This document shows positions 9,290 through 18,394 of a DNA stretch of 38,278 nucleotides, one piece after another. Numbering within the stretch: position 1 is the first letter of the stretch; every line of letters starts with the position of its first letter. The position numbers were made by a program, and so were the translations under genes. Source of the DNA: an uncultured Alphaproteobacteria bacterium (GTDB lineage: Bacteria > Pseudomonadota > Alphaproteobacteria > Rickettsiales > UBA1997). The stretch covers positions 1-38,278 of the forward strand of contig CAIQBQ010000101.1 of the NCBI GenBank assembly GCA_903870105.1, given 5' to 3'. Under the pieces are notes generated by a model. The model saw nothing but the letters and a program-made list of their open reading frames with translations. It did no database searches and was not told where the DNA came from.

Positions 9290-9780
9290 TGCAAAAGACA
9301 ACTTTACCAACATTGGCACTACATTTGATCACGGTTCTTTTCGTTATCATGAATGTTTCAAGTTTTAACGTCGTCGGCTTCGCTAATGTCGTGCCACTTT
9401 TTGATTTGATGGCGATTTTTTATTTTGCTGTTTTCAAAAATATTTTTGCGATCTGGTTTATTTTTCTTCTCGGTATTTGGAGCGATGCATTAAATGATAA
9501 CATGCTTGGAGCTACTTCTCTCTGCTATATTCTTCTCATTAAGTTCTTTCTGCTGCTTAATCAAAAAATGCTGATCAGAGAGAATTTTAAGCAAGTCTGT
9601 GAGCAATTCGTGCTTTTCTGCTTTTTATTTTTGCTGATGAAGTGGGCGATTCTTTCGATCATCGCTGGAGCTTTTTATAGCATTATCACCCCTTTGGTGC
9701 AGCTGGTTTTGTCGTCGGTATTTTATGTTTTGATGCATAAGTTTTTAGATTTTTTGAGCAGAAAACTTTTCGATAAATAA
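9289..9780 (+). CDS. mreD: Rod shape-determining protein MreD
   Basis: It is a ~163-aa polytopic membrane protein immediately upstream of PBP2, overlapping it by 1 nt, which is the canonical mreD position. It carries a GIWSDALNDNMLGATSL segment like the MreD D...G..LG motif. I prefer ATG 9289 (TAATG overlap with the corA stop) over GTG 9280. Confidence 0.6.
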   Translation: MQKTTLPTLALHLITVLFVIMNVSSFNVVGFANVVPLFDLMAIFYFAVFKNIFAIWFIFLLGIWSDALNDNMLGATSLCYILLIKFFLLLNQKMLIRENFKQVCEQFVLFCFLFLLMKWAILSIIAGAFYSIITPLVQLVLSSVFYVLMHKFLDFLSRKLFDK

Positions 9781-11579
9781 TGCTTCGCGATATCCGTAAA
9801 AATAAAGTTTTTAGTCGGCGCGCATTGGTTCTTGGTGCTGCCCAATCTAGTCTTGCTGGTGTATTGGTTTTGCGTCTTGGTTACCTACAACTTTGGAAGC
9901 ATGAGGAATATTCAATTCAATCTGATAGCAATCGGATCAAGCCGATGATTAATCCGGCGCCGCGTGGTGCAGTATTTGATCGTACCGGTTTTCCACTCAC
10001 TAGAAATGACGGTAATTTTCGTTTACTGCTTTATCTCAACAGAAAAAGAAACGCCCAGGATTTGATTGATAAACTGGCCTCTATTCTTGATTCAAACGAC
10101 AAAGAGAAAGAAACATTTTCTGCTAAAATAAAAAATTCTCGCCGCAAATCCATTGTTTCCTTAATTGATAATTTGGGTTGGGACGATCTTGCGCGCATTG
10201 AAACCAACTCACATTTATTGCCGGGAATCTCGATCGAAAGCGGCATTATTCGGCGCTATCCTTACCCAGCTGAAACCGCGCATTTTCTGGGCTATGTCTC
10301 ACTTCCATCCGAGGCGGAAATTGATACAAATGAACAAGCTTTATTCATGCATCCAGATTTTCGTATCGGAAAATCTGGTCTCGAAAAAACTTTTGATGAA
10401 GTGCTGCGCGGAAAATATGGGGTGAGATATGTTGAGGTTGATGTGCACGAAATTCCACTGCGCACACTTTCAACAAAAAATATGATCGAAGGTTCACACC
10501 TGAATTTAACCATCGATTTTCAGCTTCAAAGATTTGTTACCGAACGCATTAAAAATGACGTTGCCTCAGTGGTGGTAATGAATGTAAAAACTGGCGAAAT
10601 ATTGAGTTACGCTTCTTCTCCAACTTTCGATCCTAATAATTTTGTTGAAGGTATCTCGAAAGAATATTGGCAGCGGCTATTTGAAGATCCGCACAAACCT
10701 CTGAGCAATAAACCAATCTCAGCACTCTATCCTCCTGGCTCTATTTTTAAATTAATGGTTGCACTTGCTGGCTTAGAAAGTGGCTTCAATCCAGCAACAA
10801 GAGTTCATTGCAACGGTTTTTACCAAATGGGTAGAAGAACTTTTCATTGTTGGAAAGAAGGAGGGCACGGCACGCTCGATTTGGTCGGTGGCATCATGAA
10901 TTCCTGTAACGTTTATTTTTACACTCTCGCCAATCAAATTGGTTACGAAAAATTTACCGAAATGGCAAAGCGTTTTGGTTATGGCGAGAAAGTTGACATC
11001 AGTTTACATGGCTCAAAAGCTGGGCTCGTGCCATCTGATGAGTGGAAGAGAAAAAATTTTAAACAGCCTTGGGTTGGGGGAGATACTCTTAATACTGCGA
11101 TTGGACAAGGTATGCTTCTTGCGACTCCAATGCAGATGGCTCTTGTTACTGCACGTATCGCTAACGGCGGAATTCCGATCAAGCCTTACCTGGTGCGTAA
11201 TCACAATATTGACAAACAATATGATGAGCTCAGTAGTAACCCAATGGTTAGCAGTGGCCACATGAAGCTGATTCATGATGGAATGTATCGCGTAATGAAT
11301 GAGCCAGGAGGAACGGCTTACGGAAAGAGAATCGATGTTAAAGGTTTTGAAATGGCTGGCAAAACAGGAACTTCGCAAAGCATTTCTAAACGCGAAGATG
11401 AGATGAGTGGCGCTGAAGCGAAGGCTCATGCCAATCACGCGATCTTTGTCGGTTTTGCTCCTGCTCGTAATCCGAAATATGCGATTTCAGTTGTAGTTGA
11501 ACATGGTGGCGGTGGATCAGCTGCCGCTGCGCCGATTGGCAGAGATGTGATGATGGAAGTGCAGGGTTTAAACAAGTAG
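9780..11579 (+). CDS. mrdA: Penicillin-binding protein 2 (elongasome transpeptidase)
   Basis: It has an N-terminal TM anchor and a PBP dimerisation region. Transpeptidase motifs are SIFK (SxxK), SCN (SxN) and KTGT (KTG). Confidence 0.92.
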   Translation: MLRDIRKNKVFSRRALVLGAAQSSLAGVLVLRLGYLQLWKHEEYSIQSDSNRIKPMINPAPRGAVFDRTGFPLTRNDGNFRLLLYLNRKRNAQDLIDKLASILDSNDKEKETFSAKIKNSRRKSIVSLIDNLGWDDLARIETNSHLLPGISIESGIIRRYPYPAETAHFLGYVSLPSEAEIDTNEQALFMHPDFRIGKSGLEKTFDEVLRGKYGVRYVEVDVHEIPLRTLSTKNMIEGSHLNLTIDFQLQRFVTERIKNDVASVVVMNVKTGEILSYASSPTFDPNNFVEGISKEYWQRLFEDPHKPLSNKPISALYPPGSIFKLMVALAGLESGFNPATRVHCNGFYQMGRRTFHCWKEGGHGTLDLVGGIMNSCNVYFYTLANQIGYEKFTEMAKRFGYGEKVDISLHGSKAGLVPSDEWKRKNFKQPWVGGDTLNTAIGQGMLLATPMQMALVTARIANGGIPIKPYLVRNHNIDKQYDELSSNPMVSSGHMKLIHDGMYRVMNEPGGTAYGKRIDVKGFEMAGKTGTSQSISKREDEMSGAEAKAHANHAIFVGFAPARNPKYAISVVVEHGGGGSAAAAPIGRDVMMEVQGLNK

Positions 11580-11726
11580 AGCCTGTGCTTGCCCATAAAT
11601 TCACTTAGTTTTTTTATTACAAAACTAAGCTCGTCATTGCGATAGCAATGAATGAATCTATCTATTTGGTACAGCGTTTAGAAACGTTGCTTAGCTATGT
11701 TTCTCACAATGATTAAAGATTTTAGA

Positions 11727-13004
11727 TCAAGAGCTGGTAATCCTGATTAGCGGAGCTGCTTTACTAAAAATCTCCTCCAATTCCTTCTGCGGATCTGAAT
11801 CAAAAGTAATCGCCCCGCCGGTTTGGAATTCAAATTTCTTTCCCTGAAAAATTAAGGTGCGAATCACCACTGAAAAATTTGCTGATTTTCGATCGATGAA
11901 GCCGATTGCGCCGCTATAAATTCCGCGATTAATTTTTTCTTCTTTTGCCGCGATTTCCATCGCTTTGATTTTTGGTGCACCAGTCATTGAGCCCGGAGGA
12001 AAGCAAGCTTGTAAGGCATCAATATTTGAACAGTCTTCACTTAATTCACCGTGAATTTCTGACGACATGTGATGAATAGTTTTGTATGTATGGATGCTAA
12101 AAAGTTTTTTAACAATAACGGTTCCGGCTTTGCAAATTCTGGATAAATCATTCCTCACTAAATCAACAATCATTAAATTTTCTGCGCGCTCCTTAGGAGA
12201 TTTTTTTAAATCTAATTTATTTTGACGATCTGATTTTGTGTCAAAGCCGCGAGGAGCCGTGCCTTTAATCGGTCGTGAAATAATTTTACGATTTTTGATT
12301 TGGAAAAATAATTCTGGGCTTGAAGAGATGATGAAGTTTTCACCAAGTTTTAAAAATGACGAATAATTGGCGGGGTTGACCTTTGTAAGGTCTATGAAGG
12401 TTTTAAAAGCTGATTGTTGATTTTGTTTTTGCTTAAATTCACCAAAAAATTTTCGTGTTAAATTGGTTTGATAAAGATCGCCACGGGCAATCATTTCTTT
12501 AATTTTGGAAATGGTTTTTAGGTAAGAGGAGTCGGTGAAATTAGAGAGGAACTCAGAAGATGAAATTCTGTCAACCTTATCTTTTTTAATGGTCCATCTT
12601 GTCACTTTTTCCAGAAGTTTTTTATCCGAAAAAATCGCCATCAGCTTCTTTTTTTTGTGATCAAACTCGAAAACTAAATCAAAATTCATTAACCAAATTT
12701 TCGGTAAATCGATGAAGGATTTTTTAGTTTTTGGGAATTTTTCAAAATCATGTGCTACCTCGTAGGAGAAGTATCCAAACCACCTCTCTTCGCTATTTTT
12801 TAGAATTTTTTCAGCGGCAAAAAAATCTTCGCAGATAATTTTTTCACGCGGAAAAATTGCTAAATAAGAATTTTTTTTATCCAGTTTTTCATTCAGGCCG
12901 GAATAAAGAAAAACCCAACTTTCAGCGCAATAATTGTCGGAGATTTTTTGAGCTAAATATAGCGGGTCTTGCCAAGGGATTTCGATATTATTGTTGGCCA
13001 CCAT
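11727..13004 (-). CDS. pabB: Aminodeoxychorismate synthase component I (PabB-type chorismate-utilising enzyme)
   Basis: It has the chorismate-binding fold motifs SPELFF, GAPKIKAMEI, RGIYSGAIGF and GGAITFDSDP. It has the Lys-containing SRPIKGTAPRG motif, matching the PIKGT of PabB, rather than the PLAGT of TrpE. Confidence 0.75.
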   Translation of the reverse strand: MVANNNIEIPWQDPLYLAQKISDNYCAESWVFLYSGLNEKLDKKNSYLAIFPREKIICEDFFAAEKILKNSEERWFGYFSYEVAHDFEKFPKTKKSFIDLPKIWLMNFDLVFEFDHKKKKLMAIFSDKKLLEKVTRWTIKKDKVDRISSSEFLSNFTDSSYLKTISKIKEMIARGDLYQTNLTRKFFGEFKQKQNQQSAFKTFIDLTKVNPANYSSFLKLGENFIISSSPELFFQIKNRKIISRPIKGTAPRGFDTKSDRQNKLDLKKSPKERAENLMIVDLVRNDLSRICKAGTVIVKKLFSIHTYKTIHHMSSEIHGELSEDCSNIDALQACFPPGSMTGAPKIKAMEIAAKEEKINRGIYSGAIGFIDRKSANFSVVIRTLIFQGKKFEFQTGGAITFDSDPQKELEEIFSKAAPLIRITSS

Positions 13005-13470
13005 TTTGTGGAATGCCTTGATTATAATAATAATCGATCATGTTTTTTGGAGAATTTCCAGCTCCAACCATTGGCTCAGGTCGAGAATTAAAAGTTTTTT
13101 GAATGTTCACAAAATATTCTTTTTCTTTGAAGTCATTACATTTTCCAGAATACATAAATGAATAACCTGGAATCACAAAGATTGTGCCCAGTGCATCAGC
13201 AAGGCATTTTCCATTTTTAATTGCAACCCAGGTTTCGAGTTGTAATTGCGCCGAACCAAAACCTTCTTTTGTTATAACGGCAGTTTGATTTTTTGCTTCT
13301 ATCTTAATTGTTGCGGGAGTTTGTCCGTAATTTTTTCCTTCGATAAAAATATTTGCACCTGTTGGGTTTGAGTTGATTGACACCTCTGATTGTTTGTCGT
13401 TGAACATCATTGCGCAAGAAGAGGAAAAAGAAAGCACTGCTACGAAAGTGAGTTGACGAAGTAATTTCAT
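12988..13470 (-). CDS. PEGA-domain lipoprotein (function unknown)
   Basis: The preferred start is the internal Met at 13470 (MKLLRQLTFVAVLSFSSSCAMM), giving a signal peptide with a lipobox-like SSSC. The segment SINSNPTGANIFIEGKNYGQTPATIKIEAKNQTAVITKEGFG matches the PEGA domain pattern. The 3' end overlaps the pabB start by 17 nt. Confidence 0.6.
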   Translation of the reverse strand: MKLLRQLTFVAVLSFSSSCAMMFNDKQSEVSINSNPTGANIFIEGKNYGQTPATIKIEAKNQTAVITKEGFGSAQLQLETWVAIKNGKCLADALGTIFVIPGYSFMYSGKCNDFKEKEYFVNIQKTFNSRPEPMVGAGNSPKNMIDYYYNQGIPQNGGQQ

Positions 13471-13481
13471 GTTTAAGTAGA

Positions 13482-14357
13482 TTATTTTTTCCAGCGATTG
13501 TGAACCCAAAACCATTGAGAAGGGAATTCTTTTATCCATTCCTCAAGTCTTTGGTTTATTGACCTGCTGAGGGTTAGAATAGCCAAATTAACGTCTGCAG
13601 TCTGTGGAATTGCAAGTGGTTTTTCTAGCTCAGCGCGAAATTTTATTTCTTTACCAATTCGAATAATTCGCGCCGGAATAATTGGCACATTGTAACGCAG
13701 AGCAATGCGTGCGATTGAAGTTGTGGTGATGGCGTCATCGTGAAAAAATTTAATTGGTTCGCCCTCGCTAACCTTTTGATCGGCAAGAATAACAACCACT
13801 CCTCCGCCTTTAATTATTTCGATAATTCGCCGATTTCCACCAGAATTCTTTTCGATCATTTCAACTTTACGCACGCTCGTGATCATTTTTTCAACGTAAG
13901 GATTATTGAGTGGACGATATACGGTTCCTGCCTTCAAGCCCTGTTGTAGAAAAAATTTCTGACCAACTTCCCAATTTCCGAAGTGACCAGAGACGATTAT
14001 TCCGCCATTAAGCTTTTTAAATTCCTCGATGTTACCAAAAGTTTCTTCTGAGATTTCAATCGATTCCTTGATTTTTTTATTAGTCGCAATTCCAGCTACA
14101 TGTGGAAATTCTCCGACGATGCGACCAAGATTATCCCACATTTCGTCGAGTATCTCCTCTTTCTCTTTCTCGCTTAATTCCGGCATCGCTTTGCTGATAT
14201 TTTGATAAGCAAGTTTATGCACGGAAATTTTCTTGCCGATGAATTTGGCAATAGATGCGGCTAAATCTGAAGCGGTTTTCATGTTTAATGCGCCAAAAAA
14301 CAGAATGCCGAATTTGACCATAGCTGCTTCGAGTAGGTAGCGGATTTTTTTAAGCAT
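13482..14357 (-). CDS. lpxL: Lipid A biosynthesis (Kdo2-lipid IVA) late acyltransferase, LpxL/HtrB family
   Basis: It is 291 aa with an N-terminal TM segment and the HFGNWE active-site motif of LpxL/LpxM-type acyltransferases. It overlaps lpxK by 8 nt. Confidence 0.75.
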   Translation of the reverse strand: MLKKIRYLLEAAMVKFGILFFGALNMKTASDLAASIAKFIGKKISVHKLAYQNISKAMPELSEKEKEEILDEMWDNLGRIVGEFPHVAGIATNKKIKESIEISEETFGNIEEFKKLNGGIIVSGHFGNWEVGQKFFLQQGLKAGTVYRPLNNPYVEKMITSVRKVEMIEKNSGGNRRIIEIIKGGGVVVILADQKVSEGEPIKFFHDDAITTTSIARIALRYNVPIIPARIIRIGKEIKFRAELEKPLAIPQTADVNLAILTLSRSINQRLEEWIKEFPSQWFWVHNRWKK

Positions 14358-15327
14358 TTTTTAGGATCTTTTTTAATTCATTTTTAAGTAGGTCGCTGTC
14401 TTCAAATATTAATTCCACATCGAGATAAGAAATTTTCATCTGAAAAGCTTTAGGAAATTTTACCCAATCTTTTCGAGTTGTAATCAGAGTAGCATTTTTT
14501 TCTTGAGCTAACTGAGAGAGGTTTTCTAAATCAGAAATTTGATAGTGAAAATGGTCGGCAAAACTACGTCTTTCGATTACATCTAAGCCTTTATTTTTAA
14601 GGAGATCAAAGAATTTCTGTGGATAAGCGAGACCACAAAAAGCGATCAATTTTTTATTAGTAAAATCAGCTAAATTTTTTGGTAAGATTTTGGCCCTAAT
14701 AATTTTTTTAGCGGATAATTTTTGTAGCAGATTTTCATTCGTTTCGCCAATCACCACTACTAAATCAGCTTTTTTTAATCCGAGTGCAAGTGGCTCACGC
14801 ATTGGGCCGGCTGGAATCATAAAATCATTTCCGAAGCCTATTTTTCCATCAACAACTAGAATCGTAAAATCACGCACTAGTGAGTTACATTGCATTCCAT
14901 CATCCAGCACAATCGCTTCAAATTCTTTCATTGCCTCGATTTGTTTGGCACCAAAAAGACGATTTTTAGCAACGAAAGTTGGTGCGATTTCTATTAGTAA
15001 AAGTGGTTCATCTCCAACCTGTTCTGCTTTATTATTGTCTTGATTGCGCAGCATTAAAAATTTTGAACCGTCATTCATGTATCCGCGACTTAAGAAGGCG
15101 AAATTAACATCCATTTCTTTCAGAATTTTTCCAAGAGCAATAACTGTTGGAGTTTTGCCAGCTCCGCCCGCAATCAGATTTCCAACGCAAATTATTGATC
15201 TAGAAATTTTCTCTGGTTTGGCTAAAAACTTTACCAAAAAAAATCCCAAAAAATATATGTAGCTCAGGGGCAATAAGGCGAGAGAAAACAAGTTTCTTTT
15301 TGTCCAAAAATCAGGAGTTCGTAACAT
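14350..15327 (-). CDS. lpxK: Tetraacyldisaccharide 4'-kinase
   Basis: It is 325 aa with an N-terminal TM helix, the P-loop GNLIAGGAGKTP and a FLSRGY motif typical for LpxK. Confidence 0.9.
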   Translation of the reverse strand: MLRTPDFWTKRNLFSLALLPLSYIYFLGFFLVKFLAKPEKISRSIICVGNLIAGGAGKTPTVIALGKILKEMDVNFAFLSRGYMNDGSKFLMLRNQDNNKAEQVGDEPLLLIEIAPTFVAKNRLFGAKQIEAMKEFEAIVLDDGMQCNSLVRDFTILVVDGKIGFGNDFMIPAGPMREPLALGLKKADLVVVIGETNENLLQKLSAKKIIRAKILPKNLADFTNKKLIAFCGLAYPQKFFDLLKNKGLDVIERRSFADHFHYQISDLENLSQLAQEKNATLITTRKDWVKFPKAFQMKISYLDVELIFEDSDLLKNELKKILKNA

Positions 15328-15395
15328 TTATTTTAATTGGAAGTTGTGTCGTTCGTAACCTCATTCTAATTTTTACAAAAATCTACCCCGACAAC

Positions 15396-16361
15396 ATGCG
15401 ATTCACAATTTTTCTTGTATCTCTATTCGCCCTGTTTTCTTGCGCTGCGCCGTCGATAGATGTTCTTTCTGGGCAAGAATCCACATTGAGAAGTCGCGGC
15501 AAATATGAGTCTTATCTCTCTTTAGAATATTTAGAATTCTCGCGAAAACTAGTTGCTGTTGATGATAAAAAAACCGCCGAATATTTTTCTAAAAAAGGTT
15601 TAAATATTATTTCTGGTGACGAGGCAATTCCTGAGAACCCAATCAAGTGGAAGGCTGATAGTGCGCAAATGGAAGAAATGGTGATGATGCAAAAAAGACT
15701 CGAACAGGTTTTGATCGATCAGCAATTGAAATTTCAGCTTCCAATTCAACTCGCACACTTAACTTATCTTTATGATTGCTGGATTAGTCGTGAGTCGAAA
15801 GCGGTTTTTCGTTCTGATGAGTTGGCGCAATGTCGCGTCCGTTTTAGTAAGTTGCTTGATGAGGTTGAACAATATTCAGATGAGCGTGTAAAGGATAGGC
15901 AACTTAAGGTTGAAATTATTGAGCCAAAATTTGATCAGTTCGAAATTTTCTTTGATTTCAATAATTCTAAATTCAACAACAAGGCCAATAAAGATCTGCT
16001 CATATTACTTAAATATCTCTCTGGTCTTTACGGCGATTATCGAATTTTACTTGTTGGAAATGCAGATCGCGTGGGCAATGAGATTTATAATCAGCAAATC
16101 TCATACAAGCGCGCCGAAATGGTAAAAAATTATTTAACCAAGAATGGTGTGGCAGAAAATATGATTGAAATGCGTTCGGTTGGTGAAGATTTTCCAGATA
16201 TTTTAACTAAAGATGGCACGCAGCAGCAAGATAATAGAGTTGTTAGAATTTACGTTTTGCGCGGCGCAAAATCTTTCAAAAATTTTCCACTGCCATTAAT
16301 CGAAAATTTTGTTTACCGGGAATCTTTGTTAAAGGCTCGCAAGGAGCGCGGCCTGAAATAA
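15396..16361 (+). CDS. OmpA-family lipoprotein (peptidoglycan-associated C-terminal domain)
   Basis: The preferred start is ATG 15396 (MRFTIFLVSLFALFSCAAPS, lipobox LFSC). The track start at 15300 would overlap the divergent lpxK. The C-terminal OmpA-like domain reads LLVGNADRVGNEIYNQQISYKRAEMVKNYL. Confidence 0.8.
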   Translation: MRFTIFLVSLFALFSCAAPSIDVLSGQESTLRSRGKYESYLSLEYLEFSRKLVAVDDKKTAEYFSKKGLNIISGDEAIPENPIKWKADSAQMEEMVMMQKRLEQVLIDQQLKFQLPIQLAHLTYLYDCWISRESKAVFRSDELAQCRVRFSKLLDEVEQYSDERVKDRQLKVEIIEPKFDQFEIFFDFNNSKFNNKANKDLLILLKYLSGLYGDYRILLVGNADRVGNEIYNQQISYKRAEMVKNYLTKNGVAENMIEMRSVGEDFPDILTKDGTQQQDNRVVRIYVLRGAKSFKNFPLPLIENFVYRESLLKARKERGLK

Positions 16362-16384
16362 ATTTATTCAAAAATATTGACCTT

Positions 16385-16435
16385 CGATATTCCAGCTGCG
16401 ATCTAAAAAAATCGAGGATCGCAGCTGGAATATCG
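16385..16435. terminator. 19-bp perfect inverted repeat with a 13-nt loop between the convergent ompA-like gene and gatB. Candidate bidirectional terminator, processing hairpin or protein-binding palindrome.
   Basis: cgatattccagctgcgatc (16385-16403) is the exact reverse complement of gatcgcagctggaatatcg (16417-16435). The loop is taaaaaaatcgag. There is no U-tract immediately after the stem on either strand. Confidence 0.45.
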
Positions 16436-16487
16436 TGGTGAAGTCGATAAGAAAAGTTGTGGATTATAGTGCCTATTTTTGAATTTT

Positions 16488-17954
16488 TTAAACTCTCTTC
16501 AAATCTCTAAACTTTCTCAGAATTTCATTAACCATTCCTGGATTTGCTTGCCCCTTGCTCGCTTTCAAACTCTGACCAACAAAGAAGCCGTGAAGCTTTT
16601 CATCGCCAGCAGCATATTTTGCGAATTGGTCAGCATTGGCGGAAATCACTTCAGTGATAATTTTTTCAATTGTGCTGGAATCTGAAACTTGCTTCAGGCC
16701 TTTGGATTGAACAATCTTCGCTGCGTCTTCTCCAGTTTCGACCATGATGTCCAAAACATCTTTGGCGATTTTTCCGGAGATTTCTCCACTCTTCATAAGA
16801 TCAAAAAGTCCGCCTAAATTTTCTGCTGAAACTTTCAGATTTTCAAAATTAATTCCGAGTTTATTCATGCGTCCGAACAGCTCTACTGTAAACCAGGTGA
16901 CGCATATTTTTGGTTCGTGTTTTTGAATTAATTTTTCAAAATAAGCAGAAATTTCTTCGTTGGCAGTGAGTACTCCTGCATCATATTCCGTGAGCCCGAG
17001 GTTGCTAATGTAACGAGCTTTGCGCGCTTGTGGAAGCTCAGGTAAGGATCTTTTGATCTCATCGACATACTCTTGACTAATTACCAATGGAGGCAAATCA
17101 GGATCGGGAAAATAACGGTAATCCATCGCATCTTCTTTGCTGCGCATTGTTCTAGTTTCTCCTGTTATTGCATCAAAAAGACGAGTTTCTTGATCAATTT
17201 TTCCGCCATTTTCTAAAATTTCTACTTGGCGTGCAGCCTCGAATTCAATGGCGCGAGAAATGTTTCGCATTGAGTTGAGATTTTTTATTTCGCAGCGAGT
17301 TCCTAATTTTGTTTCGCCGATTTTACGTACAGAAACATTGGCGTCACAGCGCAAATTTCCTTTTTCCATATCTCCATCAGAAGTGCCGAGAGTGCGCAAA
17401 ATCGCACGAACTGTTTTTACATATTCTGATGCTTCAAAAGGTGAATTCATGTCGGGCTTGGAAACGATTTCCATCAGCGCAACACCAGAGCGGTTTAGAT
17501 CAATAAGGGAAAGGGTTGGATGCTGATCATGAATTGACTTTCCAGCATCTTGTTCGAGGTGAATTCTTTCAACGCGAATTGTTTTTCTGCTTCCATCTTC
17601 AAGGCCAATTTCAACCTCTCCTTCGCCAACAATTGGATCTAAAAATTGAGAGATCTGATAACCTTGCGGCAAATCTGGATAGAAATAATTTTTACGATCA
17701 AAAATCGACCTAAGATTGATCTTTGCATTAATTCCTAAACCAGTTTTCACCGCCTGTTTTACACATTCTTCATTAATGGTTGGAAGCATGCCAGGCATGG
17801 CTGCATCAACTAATGAAACATGGGAATTTTGTGCTGCACCAAACTCGGTAGCAGCTCGGGAAAATAATTTTGAATGCGAAGCAACTTGTGCGTGAATTTC
17901 GCAACCAACTACCAGTTCGTAAATGTTATTTTTGCCTTGGATTGTGTAGATCAT
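16488..17954 (-). CDS. gatB: Asp/Glu-tRNA(Asn/Gln) amidotransferase subunit B
   Basis: It is 488 aa with the canonical GatB N-terminus (YELVVGCEIHAQV) and motifs FDRKNYFYPDLPQGYQISQ and HLEQDAGK. It has a C-terminal YqeY-like tail. It is not adjacent to gatC (24577), and gatA is not in the window. Confidence 0.95.
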   Translation of the reverse strand: MIYTIQGKNNIYELVVGCEIHAQVASHSKLFSRAATEFGAAQNSHVSLVDAAMPGMLPTINEECVKQAVKTGLGINAKINLRSIFDRKNYFYPDLPQGYQISQFLDPIVGEGEVEIGLEDGSRKTIRVERIHLEQDAGKSIHDQHPTLSLIDLNRSGVALMEIVSKPDMNSPFEASEYVKTVRAILRTLGTSDGDMEKGNLRCDANVSVRKIGETKLGTRCEIKNLNSMRNISRAIEFEAARQVEILENGGKIDQETRLFDAITGETRTMRSKEDAMDYRYFPDPDLPPLVISQEYVDEIKRSLPELPQARKARYISNLGLTEYDAGVLTANEEISAYFEKLIQKHEPKICVTWFTVELFGRMNKLGINFENLKVSAENLGGLFDLMKSGEISGKIAKDVLDIMVETGEDAAKIVQSKGLKQVSDSSTIEKIITEVISANADQFAKYAAGDEKLHGFFVGQSLKASKGQANPGMVNEILRKFRDLKRV

Positions 17955-18394
17955 TTTATTTTTCCCCTTTGTTCTTTGGTAAGAAATTTTATTTTGAAAC
18001 GATCAATCTAACGAGTTTTTTCTCAAGCTACTTTCTGGTGTTGTGAGCAATTTTGCTGCCGATTTTTGAGTCTTCTTTTAATTTTTTATGCCAAGAGAAT
18101 GATTTTTGTTATGATGAATTTCGGCGGTCTAACTTTCGCTGAGTATTGGGAAAATTAATTAAAATTATCTGTGTGATATTGCAAATTATGACGCCTCAAG
18201 TCTTTGTGATTTTTATAGAACGCCTATCAAAAACCATCCACACTTCTAACCCTCGCAAAAATTAAATTTACCTGCGTTTACAAGAAATTAGCTTTTTGTC
18301 TCATCGGTTTAAATTGTTATCTTGAATAGCTAGGGCGAGCTTAGAGAAAGGCTTCTTTACGAAAGATTATCGAAATAAAAACAAGTAAAATGAC

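Noticed and set aside
14618-14626. A perfect DnaA box (tgtggataa, the complement of TTATCCACA), considered as a hint of a replication origin.
   Set aside because: It is a single box inside the lpxK coding sequence. No cluster of boxes or AT-rich unwinding element lies nearby, so one 9-mer hit is compatible with chance.
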